A stretch of DNA of 42,600 nucleotides, taken from contig JBHEOD010000012.1 in the NCBI GenBank assembly GCA_046261745.1, positions 1-42,600 on the forward strand, written 5' to 3'. The notes under the pieces are model-generated. The model was not told the DNA's origin, ran no database searches, and saw only the letters and a list, made by a program, of their open reading frames with translations. This document shows, one piece after another, positions 22,553 to 31,257 of the stretch (its first letter is position 1; the number at the start of each line of letters is the position of its first letter). This DNA is from Candidatus Binatia bacterium. Its GTDB lineage: Bacteria; Desulfobacterota; Binatia; UBA1149; CAITLU01. A program made the translations under genes and the position numbers.

Positions 22553-22831
22553 ATGCTTCAGCACAACAGCTACTTCGAAGGATTGGTTCAGAGCGTCGGC
22601 TTCGAACGCCACGGCCGCCGATACACGGCCGGCGTCGTTGGCATCGGGGCATTCCACTTCAACACCGACAGCGCCGAGCGCATGACCATTGTCAGCGGCG
22701 AGCTGCGTGTCCGGTTGCCAGGGGAAGTCTCGCGCGTGTATCCCACCGGCACCTGCTTCGAAGTACCGGCAAAAAGCGGATTCGACATCGAAGCTTCGGC
22801 GCCGGCCGCGTACCTCTGCGAATTCCTGTAG
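22553..22831 (+). CDS. ppnP: Pyrimidine/purine nucleoside phosphorylase PpnP (YaiE/DUF1255)
   Basis: 92 aa, collinear with E. coli PpnP as I recall it: 'MLQ.N.YF.G.V.S.GF......GV...G.Y.F.T...E.M....G.L.V.LP', with C-terminal 'YLC.(F/Y)L'. Confidence 0.88.
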   Translation: MLQHNSYFEGLVQSVGFERHGRRYTAGVVGIGAFHFNTDSAERMTIVSGELRVRLPGEVSRVYPTGTCFEVPAKSGFDIEASAPAAYLCEFL

Positions 22832-22842
22832 TCGACCCGAAG

Positions 22843-22900
22843 AAAATGGGGTCAGACCCCATTAACGCGGCAGCCATGAAATGGGGTCTGACCCCATTTT
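22843..22900. repeat. Pair of inverted 21-nt palindromic repeat units (REP-like) at the convergent ppnP/prsW junction
   Basis: aaaatggggtcagaccccatt - 16 nt - aatggggtctgaccccatttt. The two units form a perfect 21-bp inverted repeat. Each unit is itself palindromic except for its central base. Confidence 0.7.
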
Positions 22901-22914
22901 TGGAAGGCCTCGTG

Positions 22915-23769
22915 TCACGCCGCAGGCCGCGACGCGCGCCAGGCCACGCACAGCAGCGCGATGCCCGGCGCGAGGAACACGAGGGCGATCCCGGTCGCCT
23001 CACCGAATACCGCCGCATTGGTGGGTACGGCGAGGCAAGCCTCTCCAGACTTCGCTCCGCACAACGCTGCGCCCATCATCGGAGCCGCCAGCGCGTTCCA
23101 TGCGACGTGCTGCGCCGCCGCAACAAGGAAGCCCGTTAACGCGGCCCGCCCCGGGGCGCGGCGCCCCGCGGATCGCAGCGACCAGCCGAGTACTGCGCCG
23201 GCGCAGGCGGTGAACACGACATGGGTGGCGCCGCCGATTGCGCCTCGCAGGTACAGCGCGCGCGTGAGTCCGTCCTCGCCGCCCAGGAGCATCGAGATGC
23301 CGAGGTAGAGAAGGTTCTCGGTGCAGACGAAGCCGGTTCCGATCAGCGCCCCGTACACGATCCCGTCCCGCTCGTCGCGCAGGGCGGCGCGGCCGAACAG
23401 CAGGATCAACACGAGCCCCAGTGCCTTGGCGGCTTCTTCCAGCGCGGGTGCGACCATCACTGCGGTGACGCCCCGCCCGTCGGTGCCGGCGAGTCCGTCG
23501 ATCCACGGCCGCGCCATTTCGTTTCCGCTTGACGAAAGCCACGCCGCGCCGAGCGCGCCCCACCCGAGCGAGAAGAGAAGCGGCCCGAGGCCGCGGCCGC
23601 CGCCGCGTTGCGCCAGCAGGATGGCCGTCGCGAGGAGGATTGCCGGAATGACCGCGGCGGCGATGATGAGCGGCGGAGTGCCGGCGAGCAGATCGGCCGT
23701 CCACACCATGGCCGGCATGGACAGGAGCAGCGCCAAAAACTGCCGGATGCGTGGCGGAATTTCGTTCAC
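22915..23769 (-). CDS. PrsW-family intramembrane metalloprotease
   Basis: Multi-TM protein with 'EEAAKAL', 'FVCTENLLY', 'HVVFT' and 'HVAWN' motifs. The start is uncertain: GTG at 23769 preceded by GAGGTGG. The track ORF extends to 24045. Confidence 0.8.
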   Translation of the reverse strand: MNEIPPRIRQFLALLLSMPAMVWTADLLAGTPPLIIAAAVIPAILLATAILLAQRGGGRGLGPLLFSLGWGALGAAWLSSSGNEMARPWIDGLAGTDGRGVTAVMVAPALEEAAKALGLVLILLFGRAALRDERDGIVYGALIGTGFVCTENLLYLGISMLLGGEDGLTRALYLRGAIGGATHVVFTACAGAVLGWSLRSAGRRAPGRAALTGFLVAAAQHVAWNALAAPMMGAALCGAKSGEACLAVPTNAAVFGEATGIALVFLAPGIALLCVAWRASRPAA

Positions 23770-23855
23770 GAAGCACGCCACCTCTAGCACAGGCGGAAGC
23801 ACGGACAGCCTGCGAGCGAGTTCCTTCGTCGCGAGGGCACGGGCAAACTCCGCTC

Positions 23856-24818
23856 GTGACCGGTTTGGACGATGCCGCGACCCTCCGCGGCAGGCCTTGG
23901 CGTGATCGTGCGGCCGCGAGCGGCGGCGGGACTGACCAGCTCGGCGCGGCCGGCAGCGGCGCGGCGGTGGAACACGCCGCGGGAATCCGCGCCGACGTCG
24001 TCGCGGTGATCCTGAGCTGGAACGATGCGGATCGCGTCGTTGCACTGCTGCGTCGGCTTCGTAGCGCGGACCCTCGTCCCGGCCACGTCGTCGTCGTGGA
24101 CAACGGCTCCGCCGAGGGCTGCGCCGCGCGCATCGCGAGCGAGTTTCCCGAGCATGAAGTCTTGTGTCTCGAGGCCAATTTCGGCTTTGCCGCGGCGGTC
24201 AATCGCGGCATCGGGCGCGCCGTGGAGCGTGACGCGGCGTGGGTGTGGTTGCTGAACAGCGACATCGCCCTGCCGCCGACGGCGCTCGCATCGCTGCTTG
24301 CAACGGCCGGCGCCGACCAGCGCTGCGGAATGGCCGGCGCCGTGCTGACCGAGCCCGACGGCACCATCCAGGCGCGCGGAGGCGGGCGCGTGAGCCTCTG
24401 GACCGGCAGCTCCACGCACGTCAGGCGGTCGCACGAACGCTGCGATTACCTCAGCGCCGCCTGCCTGCTGATCCGCACCGCGATGCTGCGCGACACCGGA
24501 GCGTTCGACGAGAACTACTTTTTCTACTGGGAAGACGTGGACCTCGGCTTTCGCGCGCGCGCCGCCGGCTGGACCCTCGGGGTCGCCGAGGATTGCGTCG
24601 TCGTGCATGACGAGGGCAGCAGCCTCGGCCGCTGGAGCGAGCAGCGCTGGTTTCACCTGTTCCGCGGGATGAGCCTATTCCTTCACGCGCGCGCGCGGCT
24701 GCCGCGCACCGCGACGGCGTTTCGGCTGGTCGTTCACGTCGCGACGATGCTCAGGCACGGCCGGCGCGACGCTGCCCGCGGCGCGTGGCGGGGCGCGATC
24801 GCGGAACGGCTTCGCTGA
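23856..24818 (+). CDS. Family 2 glycosyltransferase (rhamnosyltransferase-like)
   Basis: 'VVAVILSWND', 'VVVVDNGSAEG', 'NFGFAAAVNRG', 'LLNSD', 'FFYWEDVDLGFRA'. The start is uncertain: in-frame ATG 23751, GTG 23856 or GTG 23967. Confidence 0.85.
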   Translation: MTGLDDAATLRGRPWRDRAAASGGGTDQLGAAGSGAAVEHAAGIRADVVAVILSWNDADRVVALLRRLRSADPRPGHVVVVDNGSAEGCAARIASEFPEHEVLCLEANFGFAAAVNRGIGRAVERDAAWVWLLNSDIALPPTALASLLATAGADQRCGMAGAVLTEPDGTIQARGGGRVSLWTGSSTHVRRSHERCDYLSAACLLIRTAMLRDTGAFDENYFFYWEDVDLGFRARAAGWTLGVAEDCVVVHDEGSSLGRWSEQRWFHLFRGMSLFLHARARLPRTATAFRLVVHVATMLRHGRRDAARGAWRGAIAERLR

Positions 24819-24935
24819 GGCCGCCACCGGATGGCTTCCCTCAGGCCGCCGCGCTTCCCCTTCCGGAGCGATTCCTCTCCGGCGGGTGGGCAAGGGGCTT
24901 CCATCGGCGCGGGCAGCAGTTCATTGTCAGGCCGC

Positions 24936-25397
24936 ATGAATCTGATCGAGCGATTCCTTGCCTACGAGGCCGATTTCGAAAAGACGGTTGCCGACGACCG
25001 CTGGTCACGGCTTGAGCCGTACTTCACCGAGGACGCCGTTTACGAGACCTACGGCAGCACGGGGCGCCGCACACAGGGACGCGACAAGATCTTCGCGAGG
25101 CTGCGGCGCGAACTCGATGCGTTCGACCGCCGCTGCAAATGGCGGCGCGTGACGACCGTCGGCGCCCTGGAAGTCGACGAGAATCGCGTGCTGCGCAATT
25201 GGGTGGTTACCTTCCACATCGACGGTGCGGCCGACTTGATGATCGAGGGCTCAGAGCGGGTAACCTTCAGCGGCAATCGTATTGCCGTGCTCGAGGAAGA
25301 GCCTTCGGAGACGGCCGAACGTCACCTGCTGGCATGGATGAAACTCAACCCGCAGGTCTTCGCCCCGCTCGAACGCACCACCGCCACCGCCCTCTGA
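24936..25397 (+). CDS. NTF2-like / SnoaL-like family protein
   Basis: Start at MNLIERF. About 150 aa with an alpha+beta cone-like pattern ('LEPYFTEDAVYE', 'VLRNWVVTFHIDG'). The assignment is by general resemblance only. Confidence 0.65.
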   Translation: MNLIERFLAYEADFEKTVADDRWSRLEPYFTEDAVYETYGSTGRRTQGRDKIFARLRRELDAFDRRCKWRRVTTVGALEVDENRVLRNWVVTFHIDGAADLMIEGSERVTFSGNRIAVLEEEPSETAERHLLAWMKLNPQVFAPLERTTATAL

Positions 25398-25410
25398 CCT
25401 GCCAAAAAAC

Positions 25411-25430
25411 AATGGGGCCAGACCCCATGG
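25411..25430. repeat. Third, single copy of the palindromic repeat unit (variant)
   Basis: aatggggccagaccccatgg, 14 nt after the stop of the NTF2-like gene and preceded by an A-run. Confidence 0.5.
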
Positions 25431-25586
25431 TTGCGGGACGAACGCTCGGGCATCACACCGCGCGGGAAAGAGCCGGCGACCGACGCCATCGGGCCTCTGC
25501 GCGACTTCCGTCGGCCGCGCGACTTCCCTCGCTGCATAAGCACGCCGGTCGCTCGCTTCAATCGTGTCCGCGGCTACGATGGCCGC

Positions 25587-26786
25587 ATGAGCGCGAATCC
25601 CTACGCCGTCATCACGTCGGATGCCCACGCCGGTGCGAGCATTGCCACCTACCGCGATTACCTCGATAGCCACCACCAGCAACTCTTCGACGAGTGGCGC
25701 GGCTCCTACACGAACCCGCAGCGCGCGCACATCGGATCGAAGAAGCACAAGAACTGGGACGACGCCGAGCGCATCGCCGACATGGACCGCGAAGGCGTCG
25801 TTGGCGAGATCCTCTTCCCGAACACGGTGCCGCCGTTCTTCCGGTCGAGCGTACTCATTTGCGGCAATCCGTCGCGCGAGAACTACCGGCTGTGGCTCGA
25901 AGGCATTCGCGCGCACAACCGCTGGCTGCTCGATTTTCAGAACGAGAACCGCGCCAGGCGTGCCGGTGTCGGCATCGTCTACCTGAACGACATCGACGAG
26001 GCGATCAGGGACGTGGAGTGGATCGCCGAGCATGGGCTGCGCGGCGGCATCCTGCTTCCCCACGTTCCCGACGATTGCACCCACATCCTTCCGCTCTATG
26101 CGCCCGAGTACGATCGCTTCTGGAAGGTGTGCGAGGACCTCGACGTGGTCGTGAACCATCACGGCGGCACCGGATCGCCCGACTACGGCAACTATCCCAT
26201 CTCGCTCCCGATCCGCTTCCTCGAGACGCCGTTTTTCTCGACGCGCAGCTTCTCGCACCTGATCCTCGCCGGCGTGTTCCACCGTTTTCCGAAGCTGCGC
26301 TACATCGTCACCGAGTCGGGCTGCGGCTGGGTTCCGTCGACGCTCGAGCAACTCGACCGCATCTGGAGCTTCGTGCGCAAGGGCTTCGTCGGCGAGTTTC
26401 AGTTCAACCCGGAGGCCGTCACGCCGGAGCCCCCGAGCTTTTACGCGAAGCGCAACGTCTGGTACGGCGCCAGTGCCGCCTCGCCGGCGGAGATCCGGGA
26501 CCGGCACAGCGTCGGCGTCGAGCGGCTGTGCTGGGGCACCGATTACCCGCACTACGAAGGCACGTACCCGTACACACGCGAGGCGCTGCGCCATACCTTC
26601 CACGACGTTCCGGAGACGGAGACGCGCCTGATGCTCGGCGCCAACGCCGCGTCGCTCTTTGGTTTCGATCTGGACGCCCTCGCTCCGCTCGTGGCGAGGA
26701 TCGGCCCCACGCCCTGGGAGGTTGCGCGGCCGCTCTCCCCGGAAGAGATGCCGAAGGACTCGATGTCGATGGCGTTCTCCCGCTGA
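25587..26786 (+). CDS. Amidohydrolase-2 (ACMSD/TIM-barrel metal-dependent hydrolase) family protein
   Basis: Start at MSANPYAVITSDAHAG. 'VNHHGGTG' and 'LCWGTDYPHYEGTYP' are typical of PF04909-type proteins. Confidence 0.85.
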   Translation: MSANPYAVITSDAHAGASIATYRDYLDSHHQQLFDEWRGSYTNPQRAHIGSKKHKNWDDAERIADMDREGVVGEILFPNTVPPFFRSSVLICGNPSRENYRLWLEGIRAHNRWLLDFQNENRARRAGVGIVYLNDIDEAIRDVEWIAEHGLRGGILLPHVPDDCTHILPLYAPEYDRFWKVCEDLDVVVNHHGGTGSPDYGNYPISLPIRFLETPFFSTRSFSHLILAGVFHRFPKLRYIVTESGCGWVPSTLEQLDRIWSFVRKGFVGEFQFNPEAVTPEPPSFYAKRNVWYGASAASPAEIRDRHSVGVERLCWGTDYPHYEGTYPYTREALRHTFHDVPETETRLMLGANAASLFGFDLDALAPLVARIGPTPWEVARPLSPEEMPKDSMSMAFSR

Positions 26787-26796
26787 GACTTACCCG

Positions 26797-27018
26797 GTGA
26801 AACTCGCCTCCAGCCGTTTCCCGCATGCGCTCGCGATCGAACGCGAACGCAACAGCCGGCAGATCGCGGCCTTCCGCTTCTGGGCGGTCAGCGCCATGCG
26901 TTTCCGCCGTGTGGATCGCGTCATCCTGCGCGGTCGCGACGAGGCGGTGAAAATATTCTCTCCGGAAACCGACGCGGGCACGGAGCTGACGCGCTCCGCG
27001 AAGGCCCGGGAGGCCTGA
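26797..27018 (+). CDS. Possible small basic hypothetical protein (74 aa, GTG start); strand is ambiguous
   Basis: Wobble positions are strongly G/C. However, the 63-aa minus ORF at 26790-26981 shares the same wobble positions, so composition cannot choose the strand. No family was recognised. Confidence 0.25.
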   Translation: MKLASSRFPHALAIERERNSRQIAAFRFWAVSAMRFRRVDRVILRGRDEAVKIFSPETDAGTELTRSAKAREA

Positions 27019-27140
27019 CGGTCGCCGGCTTTGGTGGACGGTTCGCCGATAGCGTGCTACTCGCGGGCAACTCAAGCGGCCCGCGCCGAGAGGATTGATA
27101 TGCAGCCGAATGAGTTCGAGCGCGCCGGGAGCGCGGCAAG

Positions 27141-27527
27141 GTGAGGGAGTTCCTGCTCGTTTGCGCGGGCGGCGCGGTCGGCACCGGAGCGAGGTACCTG
27201 CTGACGGCATGGGCGCTCGCGGCGCTCGGCCCGTCCTTTCCGTGGGGAACGTTCGCCGTGAACACGATCGGCTCCTTCCTTCTCGCCTTCGTGATGTATC
27301 TGGGCGTCGAGTCGTCCACGATCTCGCCTACCGTGCGGCTCGCGCTCGGCACCGGCGTGCTGGGCGGTTTCACTACGTACTCCACGTTCAGCTTCGAGAC
27401 GATGCGCTATCTGCAGGTGGGCTCGTGGGGACTCGCGATCACGAACGTACTGGCGAGCGTCATCGTGTGCCTCGCGGCCTGCATGGCCGGCTGGGCCGCC
27501 GCACGCTCGATGTTCGGCGCGCCGTAA
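27141..27527 (+). CDS. crcB: Fluoride ion channel CrcB/Fluc
   Basis: 128 aa with 4 TM segments. 'GGAVGTGARY', 'PWGTFAVNTIGSFLL' and 'LGGFTTYSTFSFE' signatures. GTG start. Confidence 0.92.
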   Translation: MREFLLVCAGGAVGTGARYLLTAWALAALGPSFPWGTFAVNTIGSFLLAFVMYLGVESSTISPTVRLALGTGVLGGFTTYSTFSFETMRYLQVGSWGLAITNVLASVIVCLAACMAGWAAARSMFGAP

Positions 27528-27585
27528 TCAATCCAGGATGCCAGCACCCACGGTTGAAGTGCCGCGGGAACGACTCGCGGCACGG

Positions 27586-27620
27586 CCACCGCCTGCCGGT
27601 GGACGTCTTTGCTTTTCTCC
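27586..27620 (+). terminator. Candidate intrinsic terminator after crcB
   Basis: ccaccg-cctgc-cggtgg followed by acgtctttgcttttctcc (T-rich). It is preceded by an 8-bp hairpin, gtgccgcg...cgcggcac (27559-27583). Confidence 0.4.
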
Positions 27621-27641
27621 CGGCAGAGGTAGGCTCCTCGC

Positions 27642-28415
27642 ATGACGGAAGAGGACCTGAGAGTTCTGCGCCTCGGCGGATTCGCAGTCGCGATGGCCAT
27701 CGCACTGGCGTGGCAAAAACTCCGCCCGCATGAGTCGAAGAAAGGAAGTCCCCGCGTCAACGGCGGGCTGTGGCTCGTCAACATTGTCGTCATGGGAACC
27801 CTGTGCGGCGCCTGCGTGTGTAGTGCGGCGCACTGGGCAACTCAGGCCGACTTCGGACTGCTCAACAGGTTCCCTGGGCCGGTGTGGTTAGCGTTGCCGG
27901 TTTCCGTGCTTTTCCTGGACCTGGTCTCGTACGGATGGCATCGCGCCACGCACGCCGTGCCTTTCCTGTGGCGCTGGCACCAGGTCCACCACTCCGACAC
28001 TTCGTTCAGCGTGTCGACGGCACTCAGGTTTCACCCCGGCGAATTGCTGCTCTCCCTGCCGCTCCGGCTGGCCGCCGTCGTCCTCCTTGGCACTCCCGTC
28101 GAAGCGGTCGTCCTGTTCGAGGTGACATTCACGCTCGCCAACCTGGTTGAGCATGGAAATATCGACCTGCCGGCGACGCTCGAGAGGCGAATTTCCGGAG
28201 TCGTGGTGACGCCGGCCCTGCATCGCTGGCACCACACGAACACGGTCGTCGATCGGGACAGCAACTTCGGGACGATCTTCTCGATCTGGGACAGGTTGCT
28301 GGGAACTTACACACCGAACGATTCGGCTCGGGTGGTACGGACTGGCCTGCCCGGGATGTCGAGCGTCTCCCTCGGCGACGCGTTGCTTCTTCCGCTAAGG
28401 CGTTTCGTGGGCTGA
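27642..28415 (+). CDS. Fatty acid hydroxylase / sterol desaturase superfamily membrane protein
   Basis: Histidine boxes 'HRATH', 'HQVHH' and 'HRWHH', with hydrophobic segments. Confidence 0.85.
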   Translation: MTEEDLRVLRLGGFAVAMAIALAWQKLRPHESKKGSPRVNGGLWLVNIVVMGTLCGACVCSAAHWATQADFGLLNRFPGPVWLALPVSVLFLDLVSYGWHRATHAVPFLWRWHQVHHSDTSFSVSTALRFHPGELLLSLPLRLAAVVLLGTPVEAVVLFEVTFTLANLVEHGNIDLPATLERRISGVVVTPALHRWHHTNTVVDRDSNFGTIFSIWDRLLGTYTPNDSARVVRTGLPGMSSVSLGDALLLPLRRFVG

Positions 28416-28449
28416 AGTCGCGCACTCGCGCCGTAGTCGATCCGTGCCG

Positions 28450-29550
28450 CTACCGTCGACGGACGACGAGGACATCAGTGGGCGGTCCACCGGTATCGAG
28501 AGCCGTCGGCGTGAGCTTCTCGTCCGTCTCGACGCCGAACACGTGCACGCCGTGCGCATCGAAGGAGCCGTCGGGAACGAACAGCAGCCCAGGGAGAGCG
28601 TCGAAGCCGAACTCCGGCACGGCATAGTCCACCGAGACATGGATGTTCGCGTTCTCGGCCACGCCGGTATCGAGCCCGAAGCGGTCGAGGTGCGACGAAA
28701 GCGTGAGGTCGGTGGTGAACACCAGGTAACCCCGGTTCTCGTTCAACAGCACGAAGGGGCCCAGATCCGCGCCGGTCAGGCCGTCGTCCTCGCGGACCAC
28801 CAAGCCGCGTGTCGCGAACATGTCGAGGTCGATCTCCTCGATCCCGCCGGCATCGAAGGAAGTGCCCGTGGCCGACACGAACAGGCGAGACGTGCCGGCC
28901 AGGATCTGCATGCGGTGCTTGGGCGCGGTGCCGTCCAGCTTGATGGCCTGTACGCCGGGTTCCAAAGGATCCACGTCGACGAGCGTAAGCGTCGGGAGAT
29001 CGACGACGGCGAGGTAGGAGGGGCTCGCGAGACCGCCGGGCGCTTCTTCGTTTGCGCGTCGCACCTGCACGAGCAGCCGCGTGCCGACACGAATCATTCG
29101 GCCGAGGTCGGGGTTCCCGTCGTCGTCGGCGAAAACACTGAGGTCGACGGCGTTGACGAAAGTGCCCGTCATCGGATCGAAGCGCAGAAGGTGCGGAGAC
29201 TGGCCCGTGGTCACAAAAGCAAGGTCGCGTCCGAGCACGACGATGTCCTGGGGCTGGCTCGCCGCGCCAAGCGAGAACGTGCGGCGCACTGCCCACGCAC
29301 GACGGGCGATCACGCTGACGGTGCCCTGGCGGCGACTGACCACGAAGAGGCGGTTGCCGCGTGCGTGAAGGACGGAATCGGCGCCGATTTCGAGGGCCGG
29401 CTTGCGAAGGCTCCACGGCGGCTTGGTCCTGAAGCTGCGGACGGTGGCGCCGGAGTCGCCGTGGTTGGCCGCCACGAACAGTTGCGCGGCCCCGGTGGGC
29501 GTGGCGAGGACGAGAAGCAGCAAGGCGAGCGGAATCCTGGAATGACGCAT
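28450..29550 (-). CDS. Secreted hypothetical protein, probable beta-propeller-like repeat fold
   Basis: Start re-picked at MRHSRIPLALLLLVLATPTGAAQ (signal peptide), with GGAGGA 8 nt upstream. Recurrent beta-strand-rich segments ('LFVVSRRQGTVSVI', 'LAFVTTGQSPHLLRFD', 'YLAVVDL', 'RLFVSATG', 'GYLVFTTD'). No family was recognised. Confidence 0.7.
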   Translation of the reverse strand: MRHSRIPLALLLLVLATPTGAAQLFVAANHGDSGATVRSFRTKPPWSLRKPALEIGADSVLHARGNRLFVVSRRQGTVSVIARRAWAVRRTFSLGAASQPQDIVVLGRDLAFVTTGQSPHLLRFDPMTGTFVNAVDLSVFADDDGNPDLGRMIRVGTRLLVQVRRANEEAPGGLASPSYLAVVDLPTLTLVDVDPLEPGVQAIKLDGTAPKHRMQILAGTSRLFVSATGTSFDAGGIEEIDLDMFATRGLVVREDDGLTGADLGPFVLLNENRGYLVFTTDLTLSSHLDRFGLDTGVAENANIHVSVDYAVPEFGFDALPGLLFVPDGSFDAHGVHVFGVETDEKLTPTALDTGGPPTDVLVVRRR

Positions 29551-29718
29551 CGGGCTTGTCCTCCTCGCCGGGGTCCTCGCCATCGACGCTAGTCCCCGTT
29601 GCTGCTGCCGGCAAGCGGAGGCCGGCCGTGAACAAAGCGCGGGCGCGTTCAGCACATCCCCGTCATTGCCCTGATGCCGAGGTTGCCGCACCCTCCGGCG
29701 TCCCCAAGGAGCACGACG

Positions 29719-30171
29719 GTGACCAGCGACGAACGAAATCTCATCGAGAAACTGCGGCGCATCGAGGCACTGTTCTCGCGTCCCGGTACGGAGGGGGAGC
29801 GGGATGCGGCCTCGCGTGCGCGCGATCGCATCCTCGAACGGCTGCGCCAGACGACTCCACACGCCTCGAATCACACCTCGGCTCCCGAGGAGCCGGCCAT
29901 CGAGTACCGCTTCTCGCTCGCCGACCCGTGGTCGCAGCGTTTGCTTCACGCACTGCTTCGCCACCACGGCATCGCCACCTACCGCCGCCGCGGCCAGCGC
30001 CGCAACACGATCACCGCACGCGTGACGCGTCGTTTCGTTGACGAAGTGTTGTGGCCGCAGTTTCGGGAGTTCGAACGCGAACTGCGCGAGTATTTCGATC
30101 GCTGCACGGAGCGCATCATCGCGCAGGCTCTCGGTGCCGCAACGAACGCGCGGGGAAGCGCAAGCCGCTAA
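29719..30171 (+). CDS. Hypothetical protein with a DUF2786-like N-terminal helix
   Basis: GTG start 7 nt after AAGGAG. 'LIEKLRRIEALFSRPGTEGERDAASRARDRILERL'; the remainder is Arg-rich and helical. Confidence 0.6.
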   Translation: MTSDERNLIEKLRRIEALFSRPGTEGERDAASRARDRILERLRQTTPHASNHTSAPEEPAIEYRFSLADPWSQRLLHALLRHHGIATYRRRGQRRNTITARVTRRFVDEVLWPQFREFERELREYFDRCTERIIAQALGAATNARGSASR

Positions 30172-30211
30172 GCGGCATCCCGGCAGCGAGATCCATCGAG
30201 GCCTTCCCGGG

Positions 30212-31171
30212 CTATCTGGACGCCTTTCGAGACGTACGCGCCGGCGCCTTGGGTTCGCGCCATTCGTCGTACCCCCGCAGCAACGTGCGCGCGAGTTCGC
30301 GCATCTCCGCGGCGCGTGACGACCCGCGGCGCCACACCAGTCCGAGCGAGCGGCTCGGCGGCGGCGCCTTGAACGGCCTCACCATCAGGCTCGAACCGTT
30401 GCCGGCAAGCGCGGGGACGGCGATCTCCGGCAGCAGCGTCACACCGTCGCCGCCTGCCACCATTTGCGCGAGCGTTGCGAGGCTGGTGGCACGGAAGTCC
30501 GCGTTTTCGTCGGCGCCGGCGCGATCGCAGACGGCCAGCGCCTGGTCGCGAAGGCAATGACCGTCCTCGAGCAGCAGCACGCGTTCGCCTTCGAGATCGC
30601 TCTCGACCACCTGCTTCCTCTTCGTGAGCCGGTGATTCGCCGGCATTGCCAGCAGGAATGCATCGTCGAACATCGGCGCTGATTCCACTTCGCTGAGGCT
30701 GCTGTCGATGGCGAGCAGTGCCGCGTCCACCTTTCCCTTGGCGATCAGCGCGATCAGCACCTCGGTCTTCTCCTCGCGCAGCATCAGCCGCAGCTCGGGA
30801 TACTCGCGACGCACGGACGGCAACGAAGCCGGCAGCAGGTACGGCGCGATGGTGGGAATGACTCCGAGGCGGAACGACCCGACCAAGGGACGCGAACGCC
30901 CGCGTGCAACTTCGACAAGCTCGCGCGCTGAAGAAAGCAGCGCGCGAGCGCGTCCCACGATCTCCTCGCCGGCAGGTGTGACGATCGCGCCGCGCCGGTC
31001 GCGATCGAAGATGCGAACCCCGAGCAGGAGCTCGACTTCGCGAATCTGGGTACTGAGCCCCGGTTGCGACACGTGGCAGAAGGCGGCCGCGCCACCGAAG
31101 GTGGCCTCGTCCGCAACGGCGACGATGTACTCGAGCTGGCGCAGGGTAGGCAGGGGAGCGGGGGCGGACAT
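30212..31171 (-). CDS. oxyR: LysR-family hydrogen-peroxide-sensing regulator OxyR
   Basis: 319 aa. wHTH 'FGGAAAFCHVSQPGLSTQIREVE'. The redox pair context 'LLLEDGHCLRDQALAVC' is present. Confidence 0.9.
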   Translation of the reverse strand: MSAPAPLPTLRQLEYIVAVADEATFGGAAAFCHVSQPGLSTQIREVELLLGVRIFDRDRRGAIVTPAGEEIVGRARALLSSARELVEVARGRSRPLVGSFRLGVIPTIAPYLLPASLPSVRREYPELRLMLREEKTEVLIALIAKGKVDAALLAIDSSLSEVESAPMFDDAFLLAMPANHRLTKRKQVVESDLEGERVLLLEDGHCLRDQALAVCDRAGADENADFRATSLATLAQMVAGGDGVTLLPEIAVPALAGNGSSLMVRPFKAPPPSRSLGLVWRRGSSRAAEMRELARTLLRGYDEWREPKAPARTSRKASR

Positions 31172-31257
31172 AACCCGAAGCTATCAGTGGGAGAAGAAAG
31201 ATCAATTTGTTTTATGTTGGAACAGCGCGCACTCTCGAACCCAAGGAGAACCCCACC
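31172..31257. promoter_or_regulatory. Divergent oxyR / peroxiredoxin control region (AT-rich)
   Basis: 86-nt gap containing an unusually AT-rich stretch, gagaagaaagatcaatttgttttatgttgg. Four tetranucleotides sit at 11-nt phasing (CTAT/AGAA/CAAT/ATGT), a weak match to the OxyR ATAG-N7-CTAT pattern. Confidence 0.3.

Noticed and set aside
21201-22652. N-terminal extensions of track ORFs: serC to 22652, prsW to 24045, the secreted protein to 29967, the phosphorylase to 40637, csbD to 36850 and zwf from 11191.
   Set aside because: The extensions are Arg/Pro-rich and lack family similarity. They often overlap the upstream gene. Internal starts have SD sequences or family-typical N-termini.
27035-27140. 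Possible fluoride (crcB-motif) riboswitch; GGTGGACGGTTCGCCGATAGCG superficially resembles the 5' part of the motif.
   Set aside because: The putative P1 loop would be only 3 nt. No complementary 3' pseudoknot segment (..CUGAUGA..CCUAC type) could be found. The conserved AACCGCC-like junction is absent.
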